DNA of 23,858 nt from a bacterium (GCA_046331705.1 JAXLQJ010000031.1:62001-85858); one strand, 5' to 3'; positions 1 to 9,123 are shown, counted from the first letter of the stretch. The notes: a model not told the origin generated them from the letters alone. Numbers and translations are program-made.

Positions 1-2
1 AG

Positions 3-830
3 AAGGATGCGATCGCCGTGAAGGGCGCGCTGCGCCAAGCGGACACCAACGTCGACGAAGGCAAGGACGACGACGTCTGGATCTCGGGCATCCACGCCCA
101 GCAGAAGCTCGGCGACGCGCTGGTGCTCGAGCCCCACGCCTACTGGCTCGACGACGGCACGGCGGACATCGATCTCTACACCTTGGGTGCGTACGGCAAT
201 GGCAAGGCGGTGGTCTCGGAGGACGTCGCGATCGTCTACAACGCCACGGTCGACGCTCAGCTCGGCGACGTGAAGGGAAGCGCGATCCACGCCTACTTGG
301 GAGTGATCCACGGCGGCATCAAGGCCGGTCCGGTCATGGCCACGCTCGGCTACGAGTATCTGAGCGGCGACGACGACTCCAAGGACCGATCACGCAACGC
401 CTTCGACACGCTGCTCGCCACGAACCACAAGTTCTACGGCGAGATGGACTACTTCCTGAACAACGCCGCGGACACCGCTTCGCTCGGCTTGCAGGATCTG
501 GTCGCCAAGCTGCGCTACAAGCTCGCGTCCACCACCTCTCTCGCCGCCGATCTGCACCACTTCCAGACCGCCGTCGAGGACGAGACGCCCGGGATCGCGC
601 CCGACAAGCGTCGGTTCGGCGGCCACCAGGATCTGGGGGAAGAGCTCGACGTCTGGGTGCTGCACACCTACACCGCGAACCTGGACTTCCGCGCCGGCTA
701 CAGCTTCTTCGTGCCCGGCGATGGCATGAAGGCACGGTTCCAGGCGCAGGACGCAGCCCGTGGCGTCGCCGTCGAGAGCCACGGCTCGGTCGCCCACTGG
801 GCGTATCTCCAGGCCAACCTGGTGTTCTGA
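3..830 (+). CDS. Alginate export (AlgE-like) family outer-membrane beta-barrel protein, 5'-truncated by the window edge
   Basis: Frame is open from position 3. Motifs YLSGDDD, AFDTLLATNHKFYGEMDYF and LGEELD; alternating beta-strand pattern; C-terminal Phe (YLQANLVF), typical of the beta-barrel assembly signal. Confidence 0.8.
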   Translation, partial: KDAIAVKGALRQADTNVDEGKDDDVWISGIHAQQKLGDALVLEPHAYWLDDGTADIDLYTLGAYGNGKAVVSEDVAIVYNATVDAQLGDVKGSAIHAYLGVIHGGIKAGPVMATLGYEYLSGDDDSKDRSRNAFDTLLATNHKFYGEMDYFLNNAADTASLGLQDLVAKLRYKLASTTSLAADLHHFQTAVEDETPGIAPDKRRFGGHQDLGEELDVWVLHTYTANLDFRAGYSFFVPGDGMKARFQAQDAARGVAVESHGSVAHWAYLQANLVF

Positions 831-865
831 CGGGCTCGCGGTGGCGACGCGCGCTTCACTCGGCC

Positions 866-1582
866 TCAGGGCTGCTCGGCAGCACCGCCGGTGACGGTCT
901 GGTGGATCATGCGAGCACACGTCTCCACCAGATCCTCCGGTGAGGCTTCGAGCCGCCGCAGCACCTGCTTGTGCGCCGAGAGGCGCTCGAGGAGCGCGAG
1001 GATGCCCGCGGCCGCGACGCCGGCGTGGACGCGGGTCGGCACGCGGCCGGCCTGCTGGGCGCCGCGGATCTTGGCCGTGAAGTGGTCGACGATCGGACGC
1101 AGCGTGGTGCGCCGCACCTGCTGGAAGCGCACGTCGCCGCGGTCGGCCGCGAGGTTGCGGAGCGACAGCACCGCGTGATGCGTGTCCCAGTGGGCGATGA
1201 AGCGGGTGACGATGGCGCGCGCCCGGTCGAGCCCGTCGCTTCCTTCCCACGGCCCGTCGATCAGCTCGACGACCGCGGGCATGTCGTTACCGGCGCGCTC
1301 CGCCAGCATGAGCACCGCTTCCTGAACGTCCTGGAAGTAGTGATAGAAGGTGCCGGGCGAGGTGTCGGCGCGGCGCGCGATGTCGACCACGGAGAGGTCG
1401 AGGACGCCGCGCTCCTCGAGCAGCTCGGCGGTGACGTCGAGAAGTCGCTCGCGGGTCTTGAGCGCGCGCGGGCCGAGCGGACGGCCGTTTTGCGACAGCG
1501 CGGCGCCGCGCGGACGCTTCGATTCACGCTTCGGTGCAGCCGGGTCCACGGATCCCTCGCTTCCCACGGGCGGCGGGCTCAC
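866..1582 (-). CDS. TetR/AcrR family transcriptional regulator
   Basis: N-terminal HTH TRERLLDVTAELLEERGVLDLSVVDIARRADTSPGTFYHYFQD followed by a helical ligand-binding domain. Exact start uncertain. Confidence 0.92.
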   Translation of the reverse strand: MSPPPVGSEGSVDPAAPKRESKRPRGAALSQNGRPLGPRALKTRERLLDVTAELLEERGVLDLSVVDIARRADTSPGTFYHYFQDVQEAVLMLAERAGNDMPAVVELIDGPWEGSDGLDRARAIVTRFIAHWDTHHAVLSLRNLAADRGDVRFQQVRRTTLRPIVDHFTAKIRGAQQAGRVPTRVHAGVAAAGILALLERLSAHKQVLRRLEASPEDLVETCARMIHQTVTGGAAEQP

Positions 1583-1607
1583 CCTGCCGCGTGCCCGAGG
1601 TTGCAGC

Positions 1608-1630
1608 GTTTTTGACGATGTATCAAATTC
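1608..1630. promoter_or_regulatory. Imperfect palindromic operator, copy 1 (GTTTTTGACG-ATG-TATCAAATTC), probable TetR site
   Basis: AT-rich inverted repeat in the tetR/ACAD divergent gap. Left arm is identical to the perfect palindrome at 9124-9146 and the 3-nt spacer length is the same. Confidence 0.75.
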
Positions 1631-1685
1631 GAGCGCGCCCGACCACGCCCGACCACGCCTCGCTCATCGTCATCGAGGATTCGCC

Positions 1686-2816
1686 ATGGACGTCGAGCTC
1701 ACCGACGAGCAACGCATGCTCCAGACCAGCGCTCGGGAGTTCCTGACGCGCGCGTGTCCGATGTCGCTGGTGCGCGAGTCCATGGACGATCCGGCGCCCG
1801 CTTGCGGCCTGCTCTGGCCCACCATCGCCGAGCTCGGCTGGCTCGGGCTGGTGTTGCCGGCGGTACACGGCGGCTCGGAGCTCGGCCTGGTCGAGCTGGT
1901 GCTGGTGCTTCAAGAAGCAGGGCGCGCGCTGCTGCCGGCGCCGTTCTTCTCGACGGTTGCGCTGGGTGCGCACGCGATCGCGCTGGGGGGCGACGAGTCG
2001 CAACGCTCGCGCTTTCTTCCCGACGTGGCCGCAGGAAAGCTGCGCGTGACGCTGGCGAACCTCGAGGAATCGGCGCGCTGGGACGAAGCCGGCATCCAGC
2101 TCCCCGCGACGAGCCGCGGCGGCGACTACGTGCTGGACGGCGCGAAGCGCTTCGTCATGGATGCGGCGCTCGCCGACTGGCTGGTGGTGCCGGCGCGAAC
2201 CGCTGCCGGAGTCGGCTTGTTCCTGGTGGCAGCGACGGCGCCGGGCGTGACCATTCGCCAGCTCGCGTTCGTGGACCAGGTCCGCAAGGTCTACGTGGTC
2301 GAGCTTCGCGACGTGCGCATCCCGGCGAACGCAGTGCTCGGCCCGATCGGCGCAGGCTGGCCGATCCTCGAGACGCTCTTCGATTTCGCGAAGGTGGCGC
2401 TGTGCGGTGAGATGTGCGGCGCCGCCGAGCGCGTGCTGGAGATGGCCGCGGATTACGCGAAGGTCCGCGAGCAGTTCGGCAAGCCCATCGGCAGCTTCCA
2501 GGCCATCCAGCACAAATGCGCCGAGATGCTGGTGCTGATCGAGAGCGCGAAGTCCGCGACCTACTACGCCGCGTGGGCGATCGCCAACGGCGAGCCCGAC
2601 GCGCACACCGCCGCCTGCCTCGCCAAGGCGTACACCTCGGAGGCGTTCACGAAGGTGGCCGGCGAGGGCATCCAGGTTCACGGCGGTATCGGCTTCACCT
2701 GGGAGCAGGATCTGCATCTCTATTTCAAGCGCGCCAAGTCGTCCGAGCTCTCGTTCGGCACGCCGAGCTGGAATCGCGAGCTCGCCGCTCGCGTGCTTCT
2801 CGACGGACGCGGCTGA
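1686..2816 (+). CDS. Acyl-CoA dehydrogenase family protein, FadE27/FadE33 (IpdE2)-like partner-subunit type
   Basis: ATG at 1686 after GAGG. Motifs MDVELTDEQRML, REQFGKPIGSFQAIQHKCAEM and QVHGGIGFTWEQDLHLYFKRA. Lacks the SEPxAGSD motif (has LEESARWD). Confidence 0.93.
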   Translation: MDVELTDEQRMLQTSAREFLTRACPMSLVRESMDDPAPACGLLWPTIAELGWLGLVLPAVHGGSELGLVELVLVLQEAGRALLPAPFFSTVALGAHAIALGGDESQRSRFLPDVAAGKLRVTLANLEESARWDEAGIQLPATSRGGDYVLDGAKRFVMDAALADWLVVPARTAAGVGLFLVAATAPGVTIRQLAFVDQVRKVYVVELRDVRIPANAVLGPIGAGWPILETLFDFAKVALCGEMCGAAERVLEMAADYAKVREQFGKPIGSFQAIQHKCAEMLVLIESAKSATYYAAWAIANGEPDAHTAACLAKAYTSEAFTKVAGEGIQVHGGIGFTWEQDLHLYFKRAKSSELSFGTPSWNRELAARVLLDGRG

Positions 2817-2857
2817 GCCTGATTCGCTCCGTCGACTGCGCGATTCAGGCTCAGCCG
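2810..2857. terminator. Hairpin between convergent genes, probable bidirectional terminator
   Basis: CGGCTGAGCCTGA (2810-2822) pairs perfectly with TCAGGCTCAGCCG (2845-2857), plus 4 more bp after one mismatch. It overlaps both stop codons. No U-tract. Confidence 0.6.
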
Positions 2858-3669
2858 TTCAGGAGCCCGAAGAGCGGCTTCACGATGGGCTTGCGCGAGA
2901 GCTGCGCCAGCCACGCCAGGTCCTCGGCCAGTGGAATGAGCGCGTCGGTTCGGCCCGCATGGCGCGCGATGCGTTCGCGGTAGCTGCGACCGAGCTCGGC
3001 GAGGGTGGCGTCGGGGTCGGCGGCGGTGCTGAAGATCGTGAACACGTGGCTCTTCGCGTCCTTCTCGCGATCGGCGTAATCGTCGACCGCCTGCACCCAG
3101 GCGCCGAACCAGAAGAGGGCCTCGTTCATGCCGTCGGAGATCGATTCGGGATCGGCGACGTGGACGAGCCCGCGTGCGAACGCACCCGCCTTGATCTCGG
3201 CCGCCTCCAGCGTGAGCGCGACGCGATCCGAGGCGAGCCGCGACTCGACGACGACCTTCTGGCTGTCGAAGCAACGTTTGGTCTCGACGAGGTACGCGTC
3301 CCACCAAGGCGTCACGCTGACCGCGTCCTGGACCGCCTTCGCGGCGCGGGCCAGCTCACGCACCAGCGGATGCGTCGAGGTCGGCGCGTGCCGACCCAGG
3401 ATGATCGCCAGCAGCTCGTCGTCGCTGGCCGCGTCGGGGTGCTCGTCCTGGACGTCGTCGACCAGGAGCCACATGCGTCCCCAATCCATCACCAGCCGCC
3501 GGCGCTCGGCTTCCGATCGGCGATAGCAGAGCGCAGGCGAAGCGCTGTCGAGGACGGCCAGCAGGATCGCGTGCTCGAGGCCTTCGAGCCGCGCCTTCAA
3601 GAAGCCACGTCCCGGATAGCCCGGAGTGCTGAGCGTGACGAAGGACGACAAGAGCTTGCGGCGGTACAT
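2851..3669 (-). CDS. Class I isoprenoid biosynthesis (terpenoid synthase fold) protein of unknown function
   Basis: Helical-looking 272 aa protein with two Asp-rich motifs, LVDDVQDE and VQAVDDYADREKD, and an intervening EIKAG resembling the KT/KG motif of trans-prenyltransferases. Confidence 0.7.
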   Translation of the reverse strand: MYRRKLLSSFVTLSTPGYPGRGFLKARLEGLEHAILLAVLDSASPALCYRRSEAERRRLVMDWGRMWLLVDDVQDEHPDAASDDELLAIILGRHAPTSTHPLVRELARAAKAVQDAVSVTPWWDAYLVETKRCFDSQKVVVESRLASDRVALTLEAAEIKAGAFARGLVHVADPESISDGMNEALFWFGAWVQAVDDYADREKDAKSHVFTIFSTAADPDATLAELGRSYRERIARHAGRTDALIPLAEDLAWLAQLSRKPIVKPLFGLLNG

Positions 3670-3707
3670 GAGCGAGCCTCACGCGCGCCGCGATCGGGGG
3701 TGAAGCG

Positions 3708-4514
3708 TCAGCGCGGGCCGAAGAATAGCCGAGCGGCATTGTCGTGGAGATAAGCGCCGAGGGTTGCTTCGGGGAGGTCGAGCTTTCGCGCCTCGGCGAG
3801 GCAGCGGCCGAGGGGGATCGCCGGATGGTCGCTGGCGAAGATCACGCGGTCGCTGCCGCGGGTGCGCATGAAGTGGAGCAGCTCGGGCGGCAGGTACTTC
3901 GGCAGATACGCCGAGGTCATGAGGTGCAGGCCGCGGTACTTGAGCATGAGCCGGATCGCCACGCTCCACCACGGATCGGCGCCGTGGGCCATCACCAGCG
4001 TGAGCTCGGGGAACGCGAGGCAGACCTCGTCCAGATGGAGCGGGTCCTGGACGTGCGCGGGAGCCGGCGGACCGGGGATGCCGGTGGTGAGCGCCAGCGG
4101 CAGCGCGAGCTCGATGCACTTGGCGTAGAGCGGGAAGTAGCAGCGATCGCTGGGCGGTAGGCCCACGGTGAACGGTGTGACGCACGCGAGCGAGACCGGC
4201 GCCGAGCGCGCGTACGCAGCGAGCTCGCGAAGCGCCGCCGTGCCGCGTCGTGGATCGAGCTTGGCGGCGAGCCGGAAGCGCTCCGGGGCCGCTTCCGCGA
4301 ACGACAGCACGTGGCGCGAGGGCGCGTCCGCGTCCGACATGAGCACGGCGCGCTCGACGCCGTGCTCGTCCATCATCGCCAGCGCCTCCCCGACGCTCAG
4401 GTTCCGCCAATAGTCCTGGCCCGCGTGGAAGACGTCCTTGGCGGCGGCCTTCATGTACTCGGGCATGCCCAGCTCGCCCATGTTGACGTTCAACCACCCG
4501 TCGATCGCACGCAT
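3708..4514 (-). CDS. Amidohydrolase family protein (Amidohydro_2 type, short)
   Basis: Motifs YFPLYAKCIELALP, FPELTLVMAHGADPW, RVIFASDHP and YLHDNAARLF. Confidence 0.88.
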   Translation of the reverse strand: MRAIDGWLNVNMGELGMPEYMKAAAKDVFHAGQDYWRNLSVGEALAMMDEHGVERAVLMSDADAPSRHVLSFAEAAPERFRLAAKLDPRRGTAALRELAAYARSAPVSLACVTPFTVGLPPSDRCYFPLYAKCIELALPLALTTGIPGPPAPAHVQDPLHLDEVCLAFPELTLVMAHGADPWWSVAIRLMLKYRGLHLMTSAYLPKYLPPELLHFMRTRGSDRVIFASDHPAIPLGRCLAEARKLDLPEATLGAYLHDNAARLFFGPR

Positions 4515-4526
4515 GCTCGCTCCCGT

Positions 4527-6687
4527 TCAGTCGTTGGCGCGGAAGGGTGTGGCGGCGTCGCCGCGGATGAACACCGGGATGGTGTCGAGCGGCGCCTCCA
4601 CGAGCACCGTCGCGGGCCCGCTGAATCGCTGTCTCTCGTCCCACAGGCTGCGCCAGCTCCCCGCCGGGAAGTAGACCGAGCGCGCGCGCTCGCCGTTTCG
4701 CCACACCGGCGCGACCATCAAGTCGGGACCGAAGCCGTATTGATCCCAGCGATCGCCGAGGCGCGGGTCGTCGCGGTCGAGGAAGGGCATGGGCCGCACG
4801 ATGGGCGCGCCGCTGGCGCCGGCCTCGCGCGCGGCGGCCGTGAGGTAGGGAAGCATGCGCTCGCGCAGCCGCGTGTAGCGGCGATAGATGCCGATCATCT
4901 CGTCGTCGTGGCTGGGCTCGGTGGGCATCCTCCACGGCGCGTGGTCGCCCGTGCCGCCGATCACCATGATCCCCGAGAACGCGGCGTACTCGATCCAGCG
5001 CGCGAAGACGTCGCGCTGCTTGAACTCGTAGTTGCCGCCGCCGTCGGATCCCCAGATCGGGTAGCCCATGAACGCCGCCCGTTGCTGGGCGATGATCGCC
5101 GCGCGCAGGCCGAGATCGGTGCCGGGGCCATTGCCGAAGATGGTGCTTCCCGGGTAGTCGCCGCCGCCGAAGACCGCGAACGCTTGGGTTCCGGTCCAGC
5201 CCGGCCGCGACCACAGCACCGTGTCGTCACCGCGCACGTCGGCGAGGGCGGAGCGATGGAGCTCGGCTTGAAGACGCGGGTACTCGTTGTGGACCTCGCG
5301 TCCGTTGCGGCCGTCGGCCCACACGTCGTCGGCGGTCGAGGGCAGGAACTCCTCGCCCCGATCGAGGCGCAAACCGTCGATGACGTTGTCGCGCACGAAG
5401 CCCGCGAGCTTGGCGCGCCGCAATCTCGGGCTTCCGGGTTGGTCACGTCGAGGACGAAGGTCTTGCCGCCGGTGTTGGAGCACAACGGCGGGCCGCTGGC
5501 GCGTGGTGCCAAGAAACCGCGAGCGAACGCCTCGAAGCCGTTGTCGCCCGGCTGATCGCCGCACGCCCACGTGCTCGACCACACGAGCACGCGATAGCCG
5601 CGCGCGTGCAGCGACGCGAGCATCGGCGTCGCGATGGCTCAGCCGCTCGGCGTCCCATTCGAAGCGCGCGAGGCCGAAATTTCCTGGCATCCACGGGCGG
5701 TCGATCGAATACACGCCGGCGGAATGGAGGAAGCGCCTCGTATTGCGTCACGTCCTCGGCGACCTGCGCGTTCACGGCGCGGCCGTCGAGATCGGTGGCG
5801 CCGATGGCCAGCGTGTCGCGCCAGCGCCAATGGCGAAACGCCCAGTCGAGACGCGAACGGGCGGCCCGTGAGGCGCGTGTACTCGTCGAGGATCGTCGCG
5901 TGGTCGGGGCCGACAGAGGTGGAAGCGCAGCTGCGCCGATGCGGCGCCGAGTGGGACGCCGTTTCGAAGCGGTAGCTCACGACGCGGGCATCGCTCTTCG
6001 CCACGTCGAAGGAGCCGATCGCCGTGCCGTCCACCAGCAACCCGTAGCCGCGCGAGCTCTGGAAGAAGGCGCATGAAGCGAGAACGTCGGTCACGTACAT
6101 CTCGACGGTCTCGCCCTTGCGGTCGAGCGATCCTGCTCGACGGGCTGCTCTTCGATCGGCAGCCCGGTGGGCGGCGGTGGCGGTGAATCGCGAAGCCGCT
6201 CGGTCAAGCCGTAGATGCGCTCGTCGGTCGGCGTGACGATGCGATCGCCCACCGCGGCGACCGACGAATCCTCGGGCGGTGTCACCTCGACGGCGACGGT
6301 GCGCGGCGTCTCGAAGCAGGGATGCCGTGGCCTCACGCCCCTCGTCGGTGGCGATGGCGAGCTCGACGCCGCTGCCGCGAATGGCCACTCGGCGCACGGC
6401 GCCGAGCTCGTGGCGCTCGTCGCCGCGCTCGTAGAACACCCCGCCCGAGTCGCTTTCCGCCGCCGCGGCTGCGCCGCCGTCGAAGGTCAGTGACCACCGG
6501 AACCGCTCTCGATCGATCTCGAGCGCCGCCGCGAGGTCGAAGCCACGCGCACCACACCCGCATCCACGCTGACCACGCCGACGGCGAGGACTTCGGTGAT
6601 TCACCCGTCACATGCTGCAGCAAGGGCGAGGCTCGCCGCGACCAGAATGGGCACCGCCGAACGGCGCGTCCTGGCCGATCGATCCAC
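4527..6687 (-). pseudogene. Glycoside hydrolase family 31 (alpha-glucosidase/alpha-xylosidase-like) lipoprotein, broken by many frameshifts (pseudogene or sequence error)
   Basis: GH31 motifs are spread over three frames: lipobox-like LALAAAC, ERIYGLTER, FFQSSRGYG, GPDHATILDEYTRLTGRP, IDRPW, LHARGYRVLVW, LDVTNPEAR, nucleophile region DGLRLDRGEE, WGSDGGG, PIVRPM, DQYGFGPDLMVAPV and APLDTIPVFIR. Confidence 0.85.
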
Positions 6688-6817
6688 GCGCGCACCGAGG
6701 GGGCGCGTGAGCTTCGCTCCAGGTTGCGAGCGATCCTGGGCGACCTGTCGGTCGCCCCTGCGGATCTCCACCGTCATCACCGCGGTGCAGGCGAGGCGCG
6801 AGCCCGCCGCGCGGAGA

Positions 6818-8128
6818 TCACTCGATGGGCGACATCATGGCGGTGGTGAGCTGCTTCACCACCTGGCCGCAGGTGACAGGGTGCGGCGTGTCGCCCTCCA
6901 CCCGTGATCCGCCGCGCTGGCTCTTCGGCGTCACGTCCACGTCGGCGGCCTCGGCGCGCAGCGCCGCGACCGTGGCGCGTTCGCGGGGTCGATGGCGGAA
7001 CGGATCGAAGCGGAAATGCCGCAGCGCGTTCGCGAACGTCACCTTCTCGATCACCTCGTTGGAAAGCCCGGTGAGCTCGTCGAAGAGCAGCTCGGGCGAG
7101 CGCGGCCAGGTGGTGTCCGAGTGCGGGTAATCGCATTCCCAGGTGACGTTGTCGACGTTCATCGAGCCGAGATCGCGCAGTCCCGTGCGATCGGAGATGA
7201 AACAGGTCACGATTCGCTCGGCGAAAATCTCGCTCGGCCGCTTGGAGCCGAAGCGCTGGTGCGTCCATAGGCGGTGGTGCGCGTAGACGTAGTCGATCCG
7301 CTCCTGGAAATACGGCACCCACCCGATCCCGCCTTCGCTGAGCGCGAACTTGATGCTCGGGAACTTGCGCAACATCGGAGACCAGATGAGGTCGGAGGCG
7401 CAGTTCACGACGTTGAGGGGGATGAGCGTGATCATGACGTCGATGGGCGCGTCCATCGACGTGAAGTACATCCCTTCGCTGGAGCCGATGTGGAGGCAGA
7501 CGATCGTGCCCTCGTCCTCGCACGCCTTCCATAGCGGGTCCCAATGGTCGCTGTGGTAGGTGGGCAAGCCGACCTTGCCGGGCTGGTCGCAGAGCGTGAT
7601 CGCGTGGCAGCCCTTCCGCGCCACGCGCCGCACCTCCTGCGCCGCGAGCGCGGGATCCCAGAGCGGCACCAGCGCCAGCGGGATGAAGCGGTCGGGCGCC
7701 GAGCAGCACCAATCGTCGATGTGCCAATCGTTGTAGGCCTGTAGGCAGGCGAGCGAGAGCTCCTTGTCCTTCGCCTTCAAGAAGATCTGGCCCGCGAGTC
7801 CCGTGAACGACGGGAAGCACAGCGACGCGAGCACTCCGTTCGCGTTCATGTCGCGTACCCGCTCGCGAACGTCGTAGCAGCCGGCGCGGAGCTGATCGAA
7901 CGCCGTGGGCTCGATGCCGTATTCCTCCGGCGGGCGCCCCGCGACGGCGTTGAGGCCGATGTTCGGAAGCTGCTGGCCTTCGAAGAGCCACACGTCGCTG
8001 CCGTCCTTCTTGCGGACGATGCGCGGCGCGCGCTCGCGCCACGTGGCGGGCAGGTGGCGCGCGAAGAGGTCGGCCGGCTCGACGACGTGGTCGTCGATGC
8101 TCACCAGGATCAAGTCTTCGACGCGCAT
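6818..8128 (-). CDS. Amidohydrolase family protein (Amidohydro_2 type, long)
   Basis: Motifs SIDDHVVEP, SLCFPSF, AYNDWHIDDWC, CLHIGS, ALSEGGIGW and WECDYPHSDTTWP. Confidence 0.92.
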   Translation of the reverse strand: MRVEDLILVSIDDHVVEPADLFARHLPATWRERAPRIVRKKDGSDVWLFEGQQLPNIGLNAVAGRPPEEYGIEPTAFDQLRAGCYDVRERVRDMNANGVLASLCFPSFTGLAGQIFLKAKDKELSLACLQAYNDWHIDDWCCSAPDRFIPLALVPLWDPALAAQEVRRVARKGCHAITLCDQPGKVGLPTYHSDHWDPLWKACEDEGTIVCLHIGSSEGMYFTSMDAPIDVMITLIPLNVVNCASDLIWSPMLRKFPSIKFALSEGGIGWVPYFQERIDYVYAHHRLWTHQRFGSKRPSEIFAERIVTCFISDRTGLRDLGSMNVDNVTWECDYPHSDTTWPRSPELLFDELTGLSNEVIEKVTFANALRHFRFDPFRHRPRERATVAALRAEAADVDVTPKSQRGGSRVEGDTPHPVTCGQVVKQLTTAMMSPIE

Positions 8129-8144
8129 GCGTTGGCTCCGCGGA

Positions 8145-9092
8145 TCACCACGTGGTGCTGAAGAATTGCTTCATCCAGCGACGATAGGTTCCGAACGGCC
8201 CGTCGCCTTCCACGAGCATCGGCCTGGTGAGATAGGCCTTGTTTTCCCAGATCGGGATGTCCTGGTGCATCTGCTTCTCGAGGTCGCGGATGATGGCGGC
8301 GCCCACGCCGTGCTGGTCGCTGGCGCCGTCGACGGCGTGAACCGAGTACGCGAACGTGACGTCCGTGGTTTCTTCGTCGATCGGCGTGGCGGTATTCACC
8401 ATCCAGGTCTCGATGATTCCCGTGAGGTGTACGGTCTGGAATGCCGGGCCGTAATCGGTGGTGTCGATCCCGCCGGCGATCTCGCCCTTGGGCGTGCCGA
8501 GCTTCATCCGCGACTGGCAACGCAGGATCGGCCCGTCGGCCTCGACGGTGCTCTCGGGCATGGTGTGGGCGCCGTGGACGTACACGAAATGCGCGCGATC
8601 CACGGCGTTCTCGTTCATGTCGAGCCAGCGGCTCTTCACCGTCCAGCGCAGGATGCGGTAGGGCGTCCAGTTGGGCTGCCGGTAGTGCGGCAGCTCCGGC
8701 AGCTCGAAGCTCGGGGGGGCGTCCTGGTCGTGGTGCCAAACGAGCACCAGCCCGTTCTTCTCGCAGGTCGGCCACGCGCGAATGCGCGCGTTCGCCGGCA
8801 GCCGATCGCTGTACGGCACGTGCTTGCAGGCGCCATCCGCGCCCCATTCCCAGGCGTGGAAGGGGCAGCGAATGCGGTCGCCCTCGACGATCCTGCCGCC
8901 CACGCCGAGGTTGGCGCCGAGATGCGGACAGATCGCGTCGAGCACGTGCGCGTGCCCAGCCGAGTCGCGAAACAGCACCAGGTCGCGACCCAGGTAGTGG
9001 GCCGCGTGGAGCTCGCCGGGCTTCAGATCGTCCGAGTAGGCGACCCGGAACCAGCCGTTCGCGTACGCAGGGAAAGGGAAGCGGCTCGCCAT
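8145..9092 (-). CDS. Rieske non-heme iron oxygenase, KshA (3-ketosteroid 9-alpha-hydroxylase)/Neverland-like
   Basis: ATG at 9092 after GAGG. Rieske ligands CPHLG...CPFHAW; mononuclear Fe motif ENAVDRAHFVYVH; C-terminal QDIPIWENK...DGPF..YRRWMKQF as in the KshA C-terminal domain. Confidence 0.9.
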   Translation of the reverse strand: MASRFPFPAYANGWFRVAYSDDLKPGELHAAHYLGRDLVLFRDSAGHAHVLDAICPHLGANLGVGGRIVEGDRIRCPFHAWEWGADGACKHVPYSDRLPANARIRAWPTCEKNGLVLVWHHDQDAPPSFELPELPHYRQPNWTPYRILRWTVKSRWLDMNENAVDRAHFVYVHGAHTMPESTVEADGPILRCQSRMKLGTPKGEIAGGIDTTDYGPAFQTVHLTGIIETWMVNTATPIDEETTDVTFAYSVHAVDGASDQHGVGAAIIRDLEKQMHQDIPIWENKAYLTRPMLVEGDGPFGTYRRWMKQFFSTTW

Positions 9093-9123
9093 CGGCGCCT
9101 CGCTCGGCGGTGGATCGCCGTTC

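Noticed and set aside
4482..4494. GTTGACGTTCAAC as a third operator copy
   Set aside because: Lies inside the amidohydrolase coding sequence, has the wrong spacing and lacks the T5/A5 flanks.
5415..6610. Programmed frameshifting or phase variation in the GH31 gene
   Set aside because: Too many shifts, and no slippery heptamers or long homopolymer/SSR tracts at the switch points.
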